A DNA stretch of 64,000 nt. It comes from Octopus sinensis. Its lineage: Eukaryota. The notes under the pieces were generated by a model, which was not told where the DNA came from, ran no database searches, and saw only the letters and a program-made list of their open reading frames with translations. The translations under genes were made by a program, and so were the position numbers. Positions 24,575 to 36,835 of this stretch are shown piece by piece. Location of the stretch: assembly GCF_006345805.1 (NCBI RefSeq), contig NC_043002.1, positions 120,408,874-120,472,873 on the forward strand, written 5' to 3'. Each line of letters opens with the position of its first letter. Within the stretch, counting starts at the first letter, position 1.

Positions 24575-24975
24575 ACTATAATTTGATCTAAGATGTCGCA
24601 TCTAATTTAAGATATATTTAAGTTCTAACTAATGTAACTGTGTATTAAATTTAAGACAACAATAATTTAAGAAAATGCATTGTATTTAATACACTCTAAG
24701 TTACTTTACAATATGCTATACACATCGTCTAATTTACAACACATTATTTAGTATAATTCAATTTATTAAGTCTAATTTGATACATGCATTATATGATATT
24801 ATATTTGAACGTTAGCATCTGATTTAAGACTGATATAAAAGAATTAATTCAATTTCAAATACTACATATATTTTAAGATACAATAATTAATTTAAGATAC
24901 TATAATCTAATTTTTAAAAATAATTAAAGACACGTTAATCTCGTTTAAAATACAATAATCTAATTCAAGAGAACG
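24575..24975. repeat. Degenerate AT-rich minisatellite (about 17-bp unit, tacaataatctaatttaaga-like)
   Basis: Recurrent tctaattt/atttaaga motifs at short spacing. Confidence 0.6.
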
Positions 24976-26274
24976 ACATTGTAACATTAACAGTCATTTT
25001 GAAGCGAAATGTCGTCTTTAATTTTTTTAACACTGGCAAAAAATATGATAAAGTCTTGTCTCTCAAGCAAATATATGCCTATATTTTTGAGTGAGTGTGT
25101 GTGTGAGAGAGAGAGAGAGAGAGAAGAGTGTGGTGTTATATAATTATTATACATACATACATACATACATACATACATACATACATACATACATACATAC
25201 ATACATACATACGTACGTACGTATGGATGGATGGATGTGTGTGTATAGATGTATGTGTTAGAAATTGTAGTTCCTTGAATCGCTACGCCGAGTTGTGTGT
25301 TACCTATCATTCCAGGGGAGGAATGATATGACACTGTGTATGAAAGAAAGTGACATGTAAACACATCGAAATATAATCAGTCATTGGGTTTGGACTGGTT
25401 ACTCTTCAAAAAAATAGATGAATACATAGTTATGTATTCATCAGTTTTCACGCAAAAAAGGTGCGTGACATTTTTACTTTGTTTTAGTATCATATGTACA
25501 AAATGAAAAGCTCAAAATCAAGGAAGGTCGTTATTATTATTGATAAAGTTTTAAAGCTAATGAATAACATTTGTTTTATTATCGGGCCCGCTCAGATTAG
25601 GCATATTTGTGAACTGGGAATTAATTTATTTCATCTAGTTGGTAAGTTTGAAATGTAGAATAAATAAGGACTAAATTTTATGACAATTAGAAAATAGGTT
25701 GACTCCTAAAAGAACACGCTTCCTTCTACACTGATGACCCTCGAAATTGATACTTTTGTCTCTCCGAAAACTATAATATTCTATTGCAGTTGTTTGTAAT
25801 TTTAAACCAAAGATCAAAACTGTTAAATTGTTGTAGGTACATGTATTAATATTTATTAGGTGCAATTATCTATCATCTGAATGAGATTGTTTGTTGTCTA
25901 CGGAATGAATTCCACATCCTTTGAAATATGGTTACAAACGAAAAAAATATTGATAATCGTGAAACGACACTCTAACTCCTTTGGAAAGTAAGTCGCACAA
26001 GAAACTTCAGTTCGAAATCGGTAATACATTTTCTGAGGTTAATGCAAAATGAAATGACGGTATGCTGCTAGAATTTCAGCTGACATGAAAACCGCAGAGT
26101 GGTTCTAACAAATAATAGAAAACCTCACAGAAAAACCTAAAACTACTAATTAACATGGATTTTATTTGCAGACCGTAAAGCATACAAAACAATGACCAAC
26201 AGTTACACATCATTTCATTTAAACAATATTGTCACAGCGCATGTAGATAGGAAATTATTTGATAATATATATTA

Positions 26275-28372
26275 CACTGGTCTACAAGGTTTTGGTGTTT
26301 ATGAATTATACATCATACCAATACAAAATATGTCTCCTAAATTCAAATATTACCTTCTTTTTGACCTGTCAGATCTAGTTTTTAAGTTATTGAACATCCC
26401 TATAGTCACAATGTATATGTGCGCACGTACAGTACGCAGTGTTCGTTACCTTATTCTAATTCTATGCTTTTTTTCTTTTTCCTTACATTTTAGAAGTTAT
26501 GGTGAACTAGTCCTGTTCAAGAAGGTGTTGCATTAATTCTCCAAATGTGTTTTGTTATGTTTGTGGAGAGTACACAAAGCCTGAAAATCGAAAAAAATAA
26601 CTGATTTTGTTGAAAGATCGTATATGACATATTTTGGGGTCAAACTGGGAGACCAAGATAAATATCGGGCTCCCTATATTATCTGCAAACAATGTACAGA
26701 ACATTTGCGACGATGGACTAAAGGGACAAGGAAAAGTATGAGGCTTGCTATACCAGTGGTATGACGAGAGTCCTATAATCACGTGAACGACTGCTATTTT
26801 TTAACCTAAATTTGAAAAATCGCCAAACACTTGTCTATGCAAAGCTTGCCTCTGCTATTGGACCGGTTCCACACAGTAAAGCGCTTCCTGTTCCTGTCTT
26901 CAATGTCTTGCCTCAGATAACTTTACCCTCAACCAAAGAAGATTCATCACCTGAAGATGACACTAGAGATAAAGATTTTCAGTTGAGGCTTTACCTCAGT
27001 TATTCTTCCAGGTAGAGTTAAATGATCTAGTTCGTGACTTGAACCTCCTAAAAAATTCTACAGAACTGTTTACTTCTCGACTGAATGAAAAAAATCTTCT
27101 AGAGAACGGTGTCTCTGTAACCTTTTATCGGAGTCAGCATGAAGAGTTCCTTTCTTTTTTCACAAAAGAGGAAGTGCTGGTTTACTGCAGAGATGTCAAT
27201 GGGCGTCTTAATAAACTTGGCATTAAGGAATACAAATCAGAGGAATAGCGTTTTTTCAAAGACAGTTCTAAGCGTCGTTTAAAATGTACATTGATGCACA
27301 ACGGAAATGTGTGTGACTCTGTCCCACTCGGCCACTCAACAACTCTGAATGAAAAATATGAAAAAATTAGGTTGGTTTTAGAGAAGGTACAGTATCATGA
27401 TTATAAATGGGTCATCTGCGTTGACTTAAAGATGGTGAATTTTCTCATGGGACAGCAAACTGGTTATACCAAATACCCATGCTTTCTTTGCATGCGGAAC
27501 AGTAGAGACCGAGTAAACCACTCTGTTAAGAAAGACTGGCCGCCTCGAACAAAAGATGCAATGTATTTCCAGACTTGACGATTGTAAAAAAATTAAAGCA
27601 GGAATTTTTGATGGACCACAGATCCGTAAGCTCATGAAGGACACAAATTTTGTGAAAGCGATGAGCGAAAATGAAGCATCAGCTTGGCTAGTCTTTGCAG
27701 AAGTAATGCAAAATCCCCTTGCGAAATACATAAGTGAAAACTATAAAGACCTTGTCACCAATTTGATATGAACCTTTCATGATATTGGCGCGAATATAAG
27801 CATCAAAAGGCATTATCTTTTTAGTCATCTTGATCGTTTTCCTGAAAATCTCGAAGATGTAAGCGATGAACAAGGCGAACGATTCCGTCAGGACATCAAG
27901 GAAATGGAAACGAGGTGCTCCTGTTGCTCAAAATTCCCGGTGGACAAAGAAGCGCAAATTTATTCCTTGAATTTTCTGCCAAAATTCTTAACTAATGTGC
28001 ATTTTCAGTTTTGAAATTTTATTTGCAATTCGTTGTGTTTTGTGATACGATCTTTTTATTGATTCATGCAATATGCCTTTTGTATGAATAATATACTTTA
28101 TCAGATCTAGTCAGAAAACTAGACCTGATAGGGAGAAACCGAAGTTATTTTTGAATTTAGCAGGTAATATCACTTAAGAATTCGTTGAAATATTCAAGGC
28201 ACCACAAAAAAATTTTTGTTGCCCAGCGTTATATGCCTATCAGGTCTAGTCAGAAAACTAGACCTGATAGAGAAAAACTGAAGTAATTTTTGAATTTAGG
28301 AGGCAAAATCACTTGAGTATACATTGTCTCAATGTATTCCAGGCACCACACAAAAAAAATTGTTGCCCAGTG
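26275..28372 (+). mobile_element. Decayed DNA transposon (invertebrate DDE-type, superfamily not assigned)
   Basis: CINSPNVFCYVCGEY, VPHSKALPVP, VICVDLKMVNFLMGQQTGYTKYPCFLC, KAGIFDGPQIR and SDEQGERFRQDIKEME motifs. Degenerate TIRs cactgg.../...cccagtg. Confidence 0.8.
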
Positions 28373-28397
28373 TTACAATTATGCACATTCGTTCACG

Positions 28398-28429
<32 letters not shown>

Positions 28430-29797
28430 TGTATGTATGTATGTATGTATGTATGTATGTATGTATGTGTGTATGTATGTATGTATACATTTATACATAT
28501 ATGTATATATGTATATACATATACATATGTGTGGTATGATTGATTATTAGCCAGGACTTGGGCAGGTTTTTTCTTGGGAAGGGGTTGTAGAAAAGAAATC
28601 GTGGGCACTGCACATACCTAGCGTTTAACGGCTGAGCAGAGTGTGTTGTATAGAATTCAAGATGCTAAGATACAATAAGGATGACCAGACGGGAGAATAT
28701 TGTTGCAATAAGTAGGATTAAGTGGAAGTAGTTCAGATTTGGCAACTTAGAAGAACGGAGACCTTGAAGATGCAATAGAAGAGATAGGAAGAGGGGTAGA
28801 AGGAGACACTGCGTCACTGGCCGAGTGATTGATGTGTATCGATATCGAAAGAATTATCTATTGTATTGTTGGCCTTTTGGATATATTCCAGCAAGTGTGT
28901 GTATATGTTATTGTGTGTTGCTAGTGCACTATCGTCGAGCTGTGATGTTGAATTCGAATGGCAGTAAGCGATAGTGATGACAGTGTTGATGGTTTCTGAT
29001 ATTACTGTTGTGATAATGATGTTGGCAGTGCTGATGATACACGACGTTAGTTGTTATTGTTACTCTAGTGTTGCTGCTGTTGTCACGGTGATTTTGTCGT
29101 AGATAATGTTGGTGTAGTGTTTCTGTTGGTGTTCGTTATTCTTGCTATGATAATAACGAACCGATTGTGTCGGTGATGATTGCAGCAGTGTTCGCATTTA
29201 TTGTTGTATTTGTTGTTTTGGGGGTGGCAGATGCTGGTAATACCGGTAGAGGGGATTGTGGTTGAGGTGGTAGTAGTTATGGTAGCGAGTGCTTGAAGTG
29301 TAGCAACAACAAATGCTAAAATATAATATTTGCATTACAATCTTTAACTCTAAAACTCCCAGCCACAATCGATATTTGATGAGTCGAAGTCATTCATTTT
29401 CGGGATTTCTTTACATGGAAATCTCGTACGTTTCAGATCAGATAAGCCCAGAACATGACAAATGTTTCCCGATTAGAGAAAAAAAAAATAACAATTTTAC
29501 AGAGAATTGTGTGTGGCAGCGTGTATGTGTGTAAACATATGTGTGGGTTGGTGTGTTCACGTGTTTACGTGCGTGTGATCAAATAAATACAAAATTAAAA
29601 TCCTTCGACAAACGTAACTACTGACTTTTACTTTCATTTCTTCAATTTTAAATCCAGAAAAGCTGATTATATATAAACCTAATAATTTGTTGACTCGATT
29701 TCTTTTTCTTCCCAACATATTACATGCAGATAATGATTACTATAATCACAAAGGCGAATTGTATTATTATTATTATTATTATCATTATCATCATCAT

Positions 29798-30307
29798 TCA
29801 GTAGTTTTATTTTTATAACGTGCTTTCACTTCACTACCGAGCGCAGCTCTGTGTGCCTTGGGTATGTGCTGTGATTTGTTGTGATGCTCTGATGGTTATT
29901 GTATGGAAAGTGTTCTGCGTAGGATGTGTGCAGTGCCTAGTAGTGCAATTTTCTGTATGTTATATGTGTTTGTAAGTCCTGGTGTTTTTGTTATGTATTT
30001 GTCTGAATATTTTTTATCATGCCTAATGCACCTATGATAGGAATTGTTTCTGTTTTTAGATTCCACATTCTGGTTACTGCTATTTCCAGGTCTTTGTATT
30101 TTGAAAGTTTCTCCATTTCTTTTAGAGACACGTTGTCATCTGCTGGTATTGATAAATCAATTAGAAAGCGTTTTTTTTCTTCATGATCTCTAACAACTAT
30201 ATCTGGTCTGTTGGTCTTAATTTCTCTATCTGTGTGTATCGGCATATCCCAGAGTATGGTTGCTTTCTCGTTTTCTGTGACCTTTTCTGGTGGGTGCCTA
30301 TACCATC

Positions 30308-30310
<3 letters not shown>
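29798..30310 (-). mobile_element. R4/Dong-like LINE 3' fragment
   Basis: TILWDMPIHTDREIKTNRPDIVVRD..FLIDLSIP..KLSKYKDL (RLE domain). 3' UTR shared with 42118-42420. Flanked by (TAA/TGA)n on both sides. Confidence 0.92.

Positions 30311-30405
<95 letters not shown>
30311..30405. repeat. (TTA)n(TAG)n microsatellite
   Basis: Direct reading of the sequence. Confidence 0.95.
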
Positions 30406-30406
<1 letters not shown>

Positions 30407-30409
30407 AAC

Positions 30410-30886
30410 ACACGTGGTCTAGGTTTGTCTTGGAAACGAAATTGCCTTCCCAATGATCTGAGGCCACTGGATATTCGTGTGACAGCCTTCGGTCAGGAAA
30501 GACTGCGAGATTGGCCCTTTAATGCGAAGCACACAGACGGCGAGTGCTCGTTACTCGATTCATAGCAGATATGTGTGGATTTTTAGCGGTACTTCGCTCA
30601 ACTGTGAGAAGCTGTTGGCGAGCCTCGCTCGACGACCTCCCACATTTCTCGGCTGTGGATGCACACTTCTAAAGAAGACTGATAACAATGGAGGATGACA
30701 GGAAATGGTGGCTGGCTGCATGACAGAGGATGCATGGACACTTGTTCGGGAGTCTCATGGCAGCTGTCTACTGCAACTGGCGGAGAACGGGATATCTCCT
30801 AGTTCTACAAAACCAGATGAAGTTGGCTTACTGAGAAAGGAGCTGAAAAAAGGGGGCGATTTTAGCAATTTCAGGCCAGTAACCCT
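30410..30886 (+). mobile_element. Decayed L1/Tx1-like ORF2 fragment
   Basis: Ends KKGGDFSNFRPVTLL (RT N-terminal motif); shares segments with 33680-33900. Confidence 0.65.
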
Positions 30887-30967
30887 ACTGAGGTCGATGT
30901 AATCAACTAGACCCCTCACTCAAAATTTCGGGTCTTGAGCCTATAGTAGAAAGGAATATTATTATTA
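30887..30967 (+). mobile_element. SINE family C, 3' end
   Basis: tactgaggtcgatgtaatc...aaatttcgggtcttg..agtagaaaggaatatt. Confidence 0.75.
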
Positions 30968-31085
30968 TATACGACCATATCACGCTGAAAGCACCGGTTT
31001 TCGTCTGATCACCGAAGTTAAGCACCAACGTCAAGCCTAGTTAGTGTTTAAATGGATGATCGCCTGGGAAAACTAAGCCTCTTAG
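30968..31085 (+). pseudogene. 5S rRNA-derived sequence
   Basis: tacgaccatatcacgctgaaagcaccggttttcgtctgatcaccgaagttaagc...gcctgggaa closely follows the animal 5S rRNA consensus. Box C is degraded and there is a small insertion. Confidence 0.88.
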
Positions 31086-31099
31086 TTTTGAAAAGGCTG

Positions 31100-31195
31100 G
31101 GTAAACATGTCCTGAGTTCAAATTCCGGCGGGGATTTTGCCCTCCATCTTTTCCGAGTCGATAAAATAAGTACTAGTGAAACGCTGGTGATGTAG
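31100..31195 (+). mobile_element. SINE family C body (partial)
   Basis: ctgagttcaaattcc..tttgccctccatcttttccgagtcgataaaataagtact. Confidence 0.7.
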
Positions 31196-31509
31196 TTATT
31201 ATCATTATCCTCTTCTTTCAATTTTGTTTCCATTTCTTGCCGAGCTTTTACTCGACACCTTGGGCAAAGAAACGCATCGTATTGATTGGTAGGCTATTAA
31301 AATAAACTCGCCAGACTGTTCATTTACAGAGTCATGTCATAGAAAAAAAAGGAGAAGATAGAAAGAAAAAGAAGAAAAGAAAAATGAAAAAGAAAGCAAA
31401 GAAAATAAAGGGGAAAGGGGGAAGAAAATTTACAGTGAGAATGCTCTTCTCAATACGTGTGACGTATCAAGTAGACAATCTTTTGCACTTTCTGCATGGA
31501 TGGTAAGTC

Positions 31510-32050
31510 AGGGATCATCCTCAAAAAAATTTAAGTTCCTTTTTTGATCATTCCAAGTGCTCCTACAATCACTGGTATTGTAACCGTCTTGTGATGCCAC
31601 ATCTTTTTGATTAGAACCAGCAAATCTTTATATTTTCTGAGCTTATCAAATTCTTTTGCCGAAATATTATCAACACAAGGCATGTTCATGCCATTCAATA
31701 AACAGATTTTATTCATTTGGTCTTTCATAACAATATCTGGATTATTGGTTTTCCAGTCTGTATGTACTGAAAAGTCCCAAAGAATCGTTACATTTTCTCC
31801 CTCAGTTACAGCTTGTACCATTCGTCAGGAGTTTTGATTTTATAATGCCAACGTATTATCCAGTGTAGATATTGGCCAACTCTGTCGTGTCCTGGTTTAT
31901 TTTCTTCAGGTGCTAAAATATTACACTAAGAGATTAGGGGTCAACTGTTTCAATCTCATCGCAGCAGTATCGGAACTTTGGGTCTACTCTATTTTTCATC
32001 ACTTTCGCTTGGTATTTCCGGGTCAATAAGCTCTGATCTTGAGCGGCTAA
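31510..32050 (-). mobile_element. R4/Dong-like LINE fragment, second family
   Basis: AAQDQSLLTRKYQ..DPKFRYC..ETVD, then TILWDFSVHTD..NPDIVMKD..KLRKYKDL..VIVGALG (ORF 31531-31821). Confidence 0.85.
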
Positions 32051-32166
32051 GATAAAATGTTTGCTCTCTGCCTATAGCCCTGAGCACCAAGCCACTAATG
32101 CGTGTGCCTCTGTCTACATCAGTTTGTTTGCTACGTGCCACATATTTGCCATGCAGTTTTTATTCC

Positions 32167-32210
<44 letters not shown>

Positions 32211-32409
32211 TATTATTATTATCATCTTTATCACCTTGCTGGGGGTGCATTTTTGGTACACTGTAAGTGTAATTCACTTGTTTTATATTGTATTTTGTTG
32301 ATTAAATCTTTTTGCAAACCAGTTGCCCTTCTCGGGGGAGGTGGGTGCTAACGTTTGTTAACCAAAGTCCCATATTGGAGGTGATACAAACCCTTTTGTT
32401 TTCAAATTT

Positions 32410-33925
32410 CTTCGGAAATTTGCTTCGAAAAAAGTAAACATTGAAAATGGCGGCGAAAAGTGGGTGTGAGGAAGGAAGGTGGTACGGCAATTTGCACGAA
32501 GACTTCCACGTCCTCCCCACCATGATTGGCAGTCGACAAGAAGAAGAAGAAGAAGAAGAAGAAGAAGAAGAAGAAGAAGAAGAAGAAGAAGAAGAAGAAG
32601 AAGAAGAAGAAGAAGAAGAAGAAAGCGAGAGCAGTTAGAGAAAGTCCCCAGACCTGATTTCCCTCTTGAATGGAGTAGAACTAAGGGTGAACGTGGAGGG
32701 CAGAAGGCCGAGGTGCCACGATTGTGGTTTAACGGGCTACTTACGGTTTCATTACCCACAGAACCAGAAGAGAAGGACATAAAGAAATGTCCAAAGGAAA
32801 GCACTACAACCCATGAGTCGACAAAAACAAAAACAACAACAACACAAAGGCCGGGGAATAGAAACAGAAATTGAACCCAAGGAAACAAAACAGGTAGGTG
32901 TTACAGCAAAGATGGCAGTGGGAGTAGAACCAGCATCAGAGGTGGAAGCTACACAAGCAGGAGCAACAACAACAACAACTACTACTACTAATACTAATAC
33001 TAATACTACAAGAGAACCAGAACAAACAACACCAGAAGAAAACATACAGGACACGGACATCTCCACGCATCCAAGTGATAAGGGGGAAGCTTAAAAGGCA
33101 AATCAATGCCACAAAGAGACAGAAAATAAGAAAAATCCAAGAAACGGCAAACACAGACACACTGATGACAACACCAACACTACAAACACCACAATCACCA
33201 ACACCATCAGATACACCCACAACAGAATCAAAAAGCTTCAAAAACTTTGAAAAGAAAAATAGCCATTACAACAACAACCATCTGCACAGCAGTGGAACTT
33301 CGTGCTAGTGAGGAGAGCCAATGAAAAGCTGATGCCTCTCATAGCATAAAACGAGAACATTGAAACAGAAGGCGTGATCTGCAGTCCCAACAATTCTAGA
33401 GTAGCGGAGAGCCTAGTGATGGTGCGAATGACATTAGAGCATTAAGCGGAGATACCCGCATGACATTGGATCTCCTAGTGTAACGGCTAACAGATGGCTT
33501 TTAAGGGGGTTCCCAGAGGAACCCAACAAAACAGACAGGGTGAGAGATCCACTTGACCACAAACACTCCCTTTTTTTCTTTCCTTACTTCCTGGCCAGCA
33601 GAGAGAAATAGCATAGCGTGTCCACAGTTTGAATTCATCAACTACACAGACCACAAATTTGTGATCTGTACGATCCAAGCAAATGTGTGCGGAATTTCAG
33701 CGGTACTTCATCGAAATTTATGGGACACGCAATGGTGGATTCCATCTCCTATCTTAGTGGCATGCCGCGCCTCTCGACCAAGGATATGGTGTTCTGCAAA
33801 ATGCCGATAACAGCCGAAGATATACAGGAGGCGTTTCTGGGGTGGGGTGGTCTACCCTTCGAGCTTTATTTTCATATGCCAGACTTGTTCAGTGGTCTCT
33901 TGGCAGAGTCTACCACAACTGCTCT
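32410..33925 (+). mobile_element. Decayed, internally deleted L1/Tx1-like LINE with (GAA)n expansion
   Basis: ORF1 knuckle VEGRRPRCHDCGLTGYL at about 32690-32745; APE-like FINYTDHKFV; RT-like GLPFELY. Confidence 0.7.
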
Positions 33926-34050
33926 GACTTGAAATTCCACCGAGGTCGACTTTGCCTTTCATCCTTTCAGCGTCGAAAAAATAAGTACCAGCTGAGTACT
34001 GGGGTCGGTGTAATCGATTTACTCACTTCGCCAAAATTTCAGACCTTGTG
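33926..34050 (+). mobile_element. SINE family C, 3' part
   Basis: aaattccaccgaggtcgactttgcctttcatcc...aagtaccagc. Confidence 0.85.
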
Positions 34051-35681
34051 AGGATGACTTACTATTAGATCGTTTTTTCGAATTCTAATATGACCTATGT
34101 TTGCAGTATTTCTTGAGTCTTAATCAACATTTATTTAATTGTCAGCTTTGGGATCTAGACTTTGCTTCTGGTAACATCTGTATCTGATCGATACAAACTT
34201 CGTACCAGATTAAAGCAAGCGCAATCATCCATTACAAAATGGATATTTTTTTTTTAATTATAGAGGATCGAATCAGAGTAAATCAGTATGTGGTTAAATT
34301 AATAAACATTTAAAACCGCAAAACATGTATGGTGATACAAACAGTTTATGCATTTTCATACGCATTTTCTCCTCCAGTCGGTTGTTCTTAACTTCCAAGG
34401 TGGATTGTTAGTTAATTTTCAATAGTCAAACGAAGCGAGAAATACTATCGTCAGGAACTTCACGTTTAAGCAATACGACTTACTTATCGACTCTACCACA
34501 GCACCTTACTTGCTGTGTTCTGAAGATAAAACATTCTTTTTAGAAATAAATTTTAAAAAGAAAACCTAAGGTATAGTCGAACTTTGGATCTTTTATCTAA
34601 ATATAATCTGTTGAAAGTTAAAACAAAAGCATAATTCTATATCCAATGTGTTGCTTCCTCACATATCTAATTTTTTTTATTTTTAACAATTTCAATTTAT
34701 AATGTTTTCTAAGTGGTTTTTAGGATAAATTTTGCCAGGTTATTTTATTTAATTAAAATACCTTTTATTTAGAATAGCTCACAGTAAATTTTCGGGCATA
34801 GATTTCCTTAGATTATCTTCTTTTTACTTTCGAATAAGATATAGCTTATATTATGTTATTTTTTACTTGAATGTATTATATATTTTGCCTCGTTAGATCT
34901 TCAAATTCTTTGTAGACGGTAACTGAAAAAAATTACTTAAACGTTTACTTCAGTCATTTTTTAAACTTCATTTGTAGCTTTAAGCAACAGTTCCTCTGTG
35001 TCGAATGAATGTTAAAGCAATTCTTACATTCTCTAAAGTTTAAAGTTGTTTAGTTTATTTAGTGAAGTATTTTGAGATACTGAAATAGTTTGTTTAATGC
35101 ATGTCAATTGTTCTCTTTTTAAATAAATGTTCAGCAAATATTTCAAAACATTTGTGAGTTATCAAGTAAACCAAAGAACGGAGCTGTCGAATTACTGAGT
35201 TTTCGTTATAGGGAGGGAAAACCTTTTACAAAGAAAAATAGACATAATGAACTTTGGTACGAAGAATTCACAATTCGTGGCTTCTTTTGTTTTTGTTTTT
35301 TGGGGGGTTTTCTGCTTGTTTTTCACAATTTAGTTTTAGATATAAATCCGACTTGATATCAGTGGCACGATATTACTGGCCGGCTTTTCACAGAGATTCC
35401 TTGAAGATTTTATTCTCAAATGATTATTTTTAATTTGTTGCAATTTGCTGTATCATAATCCAGAACTCTACTGCTATTGAAAGTGTATAAATATATTTAA
35501 CTACTCTCAGTTCTATTTCAACTATATTATGCTGATGACATCGCTTACAGGTTTATAGTTACACACACACATTCACATACACGTGCATACATGCCCACAT
35601 ACATACATACATACATACATACACACAGACTAGAGAGCCAACCAGACAGACAGACAGACTAACAGATAAATAAGAACAAAT

Positions 35682-36069
35682 GGATGGAAGCACTCCGTCG
35701 GTTACGACGATGAGGGTTCCGGTTGATCCGAATCAACGGAACAGCCTGCTCGTGAAATCAACGTGTAAGTGGCTGAGCACTCCACAGACACGTGTACCCT
35801 TAACGTAGTTCTCGGGGATATTCAGCGTGACACAGAGAGTGACAAGGCCGGCCCCTTGAAATACAGGTACAACAGAAACAGGAAGTAAGAGTGGGAGAAA
35901 GTTGTGGTGAAAGAGTACAGCAGGGATCACCACCATCCCCTACCGGAGCCTCGTGGAGCTTTAGGTGTTTTCGCTCGATAAACACTCACAACGCCCGGTC
36001 TGGGAATCGAAACTACGATCCTATGACCGCGAGTCCGCTGCCCAAACCACTGGGCCATTGCGCCTCTAC
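35682..36069 (-). mobile_element. SINE family B, full length
   Basis: Reverse complement of 40805-41192. Confidence 0.94.
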
Positions 36070-36070
36070 C

Positions 36071-36153
36071 ACATAACAAATAGTTGACAAGTGAAATATA
36101 AAGCAACTTAAATTCAGGCTAGTCGCTGTATCAACTGACTGAATTTATAAATT
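36071..36153 (+). repeat. 83-bp direct repeat, copy 1 (copy 2 at 38288-38370)
   Basis: acataacaaat(a/g)gttga(c/t)aagtgaaat(a/g)taaagcaacttaaat(t/a)caggctagtcgctgtatcaactgactgaatttataaatt. Confidence 0.92.
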
Positions 36154-36176
36154 GACTGGCTTAAGGTGACCCGCTC

Positions 36177-36203
36177 TAAGGGTTAGGGTTAGGGTTAGGG
36201 TTT
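36177..36203 (+). repeat. Short interstitial (TTAGGG)n tract
   Basis: taaggg ttaggg ttaggg ttaggg tttg. Confidence 0.8.
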
Positions 36204-36596
36204 GCGGGCAAGGGTGTGGTTGTTACTTTCTGTTGCTTCTATTCTGTTTTTTATCACCACATTTTCCCTCTTTGTTTCTCTCTCCTTTCTCTCTCACTTT
36301 CCCACTCTCTTACTCTTCCTTTCTCTCGGACTCTCCCTCGCTTTCTCTTACTCCCTATCTTTCTCTATCTATCTATCTCCCATTTATAAACAACAAAAGA
36401 TCTTGAGTAAATTGAGAAAGAAATTATTTTGAAAGATCAATCATAAATATCAGGCAGTGACAACGGAAAGGTCTGCTTCAAGGCAGACAGTAAAACACTA
36501 ACATTTAAAAGGGACAGACGAACTTGCGAGCTGAATAAAAATAAAAAATATTGGAAACCAAAGTTTGAAGGGATGGAATCTGAGGATAGTAGAGTC

Positions 36597-36835
36597 ACCA
36601 TGGCTGGCATTTCTTAACGACGGACAGCAACGTAGTGGCAGTTTAACGGATGGCGTAAAATTTTGAACTTGATGTAAAAGAAAATTCCTAAACACCAAGT
36701 TTTGAAGTGATTCTTTCTCACGACAGTAGACTTACCATGGCAAGCATTCAAAACATTCATGGACGACAATACATTGACGATTTAAAGGCTGGCGCAAATT
36801 TTTTAGCTTGATGTAACAGAGAATTCCTAAACACC
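36597..36835. repeat. Diverged tandem duplication (about 137-bp period)
   Basis: accatggc...cttgatgtaa..aattcctaaacacc occurs twice. Confidence 0.75.

Noticed and set aside
25620-25650. Possible 3-nt micro-exon (catctAG|TTG|GTAAGT)
   Set aside because: The motif is short enough to arise by chance and nothing else supports it.
30968-31085. Functional 5S rRNA gene
   Set aside because: Box C is degraded, there is an internal insertion, the 3' end is altered and it is solitary among SINEs; called a pseudogene.
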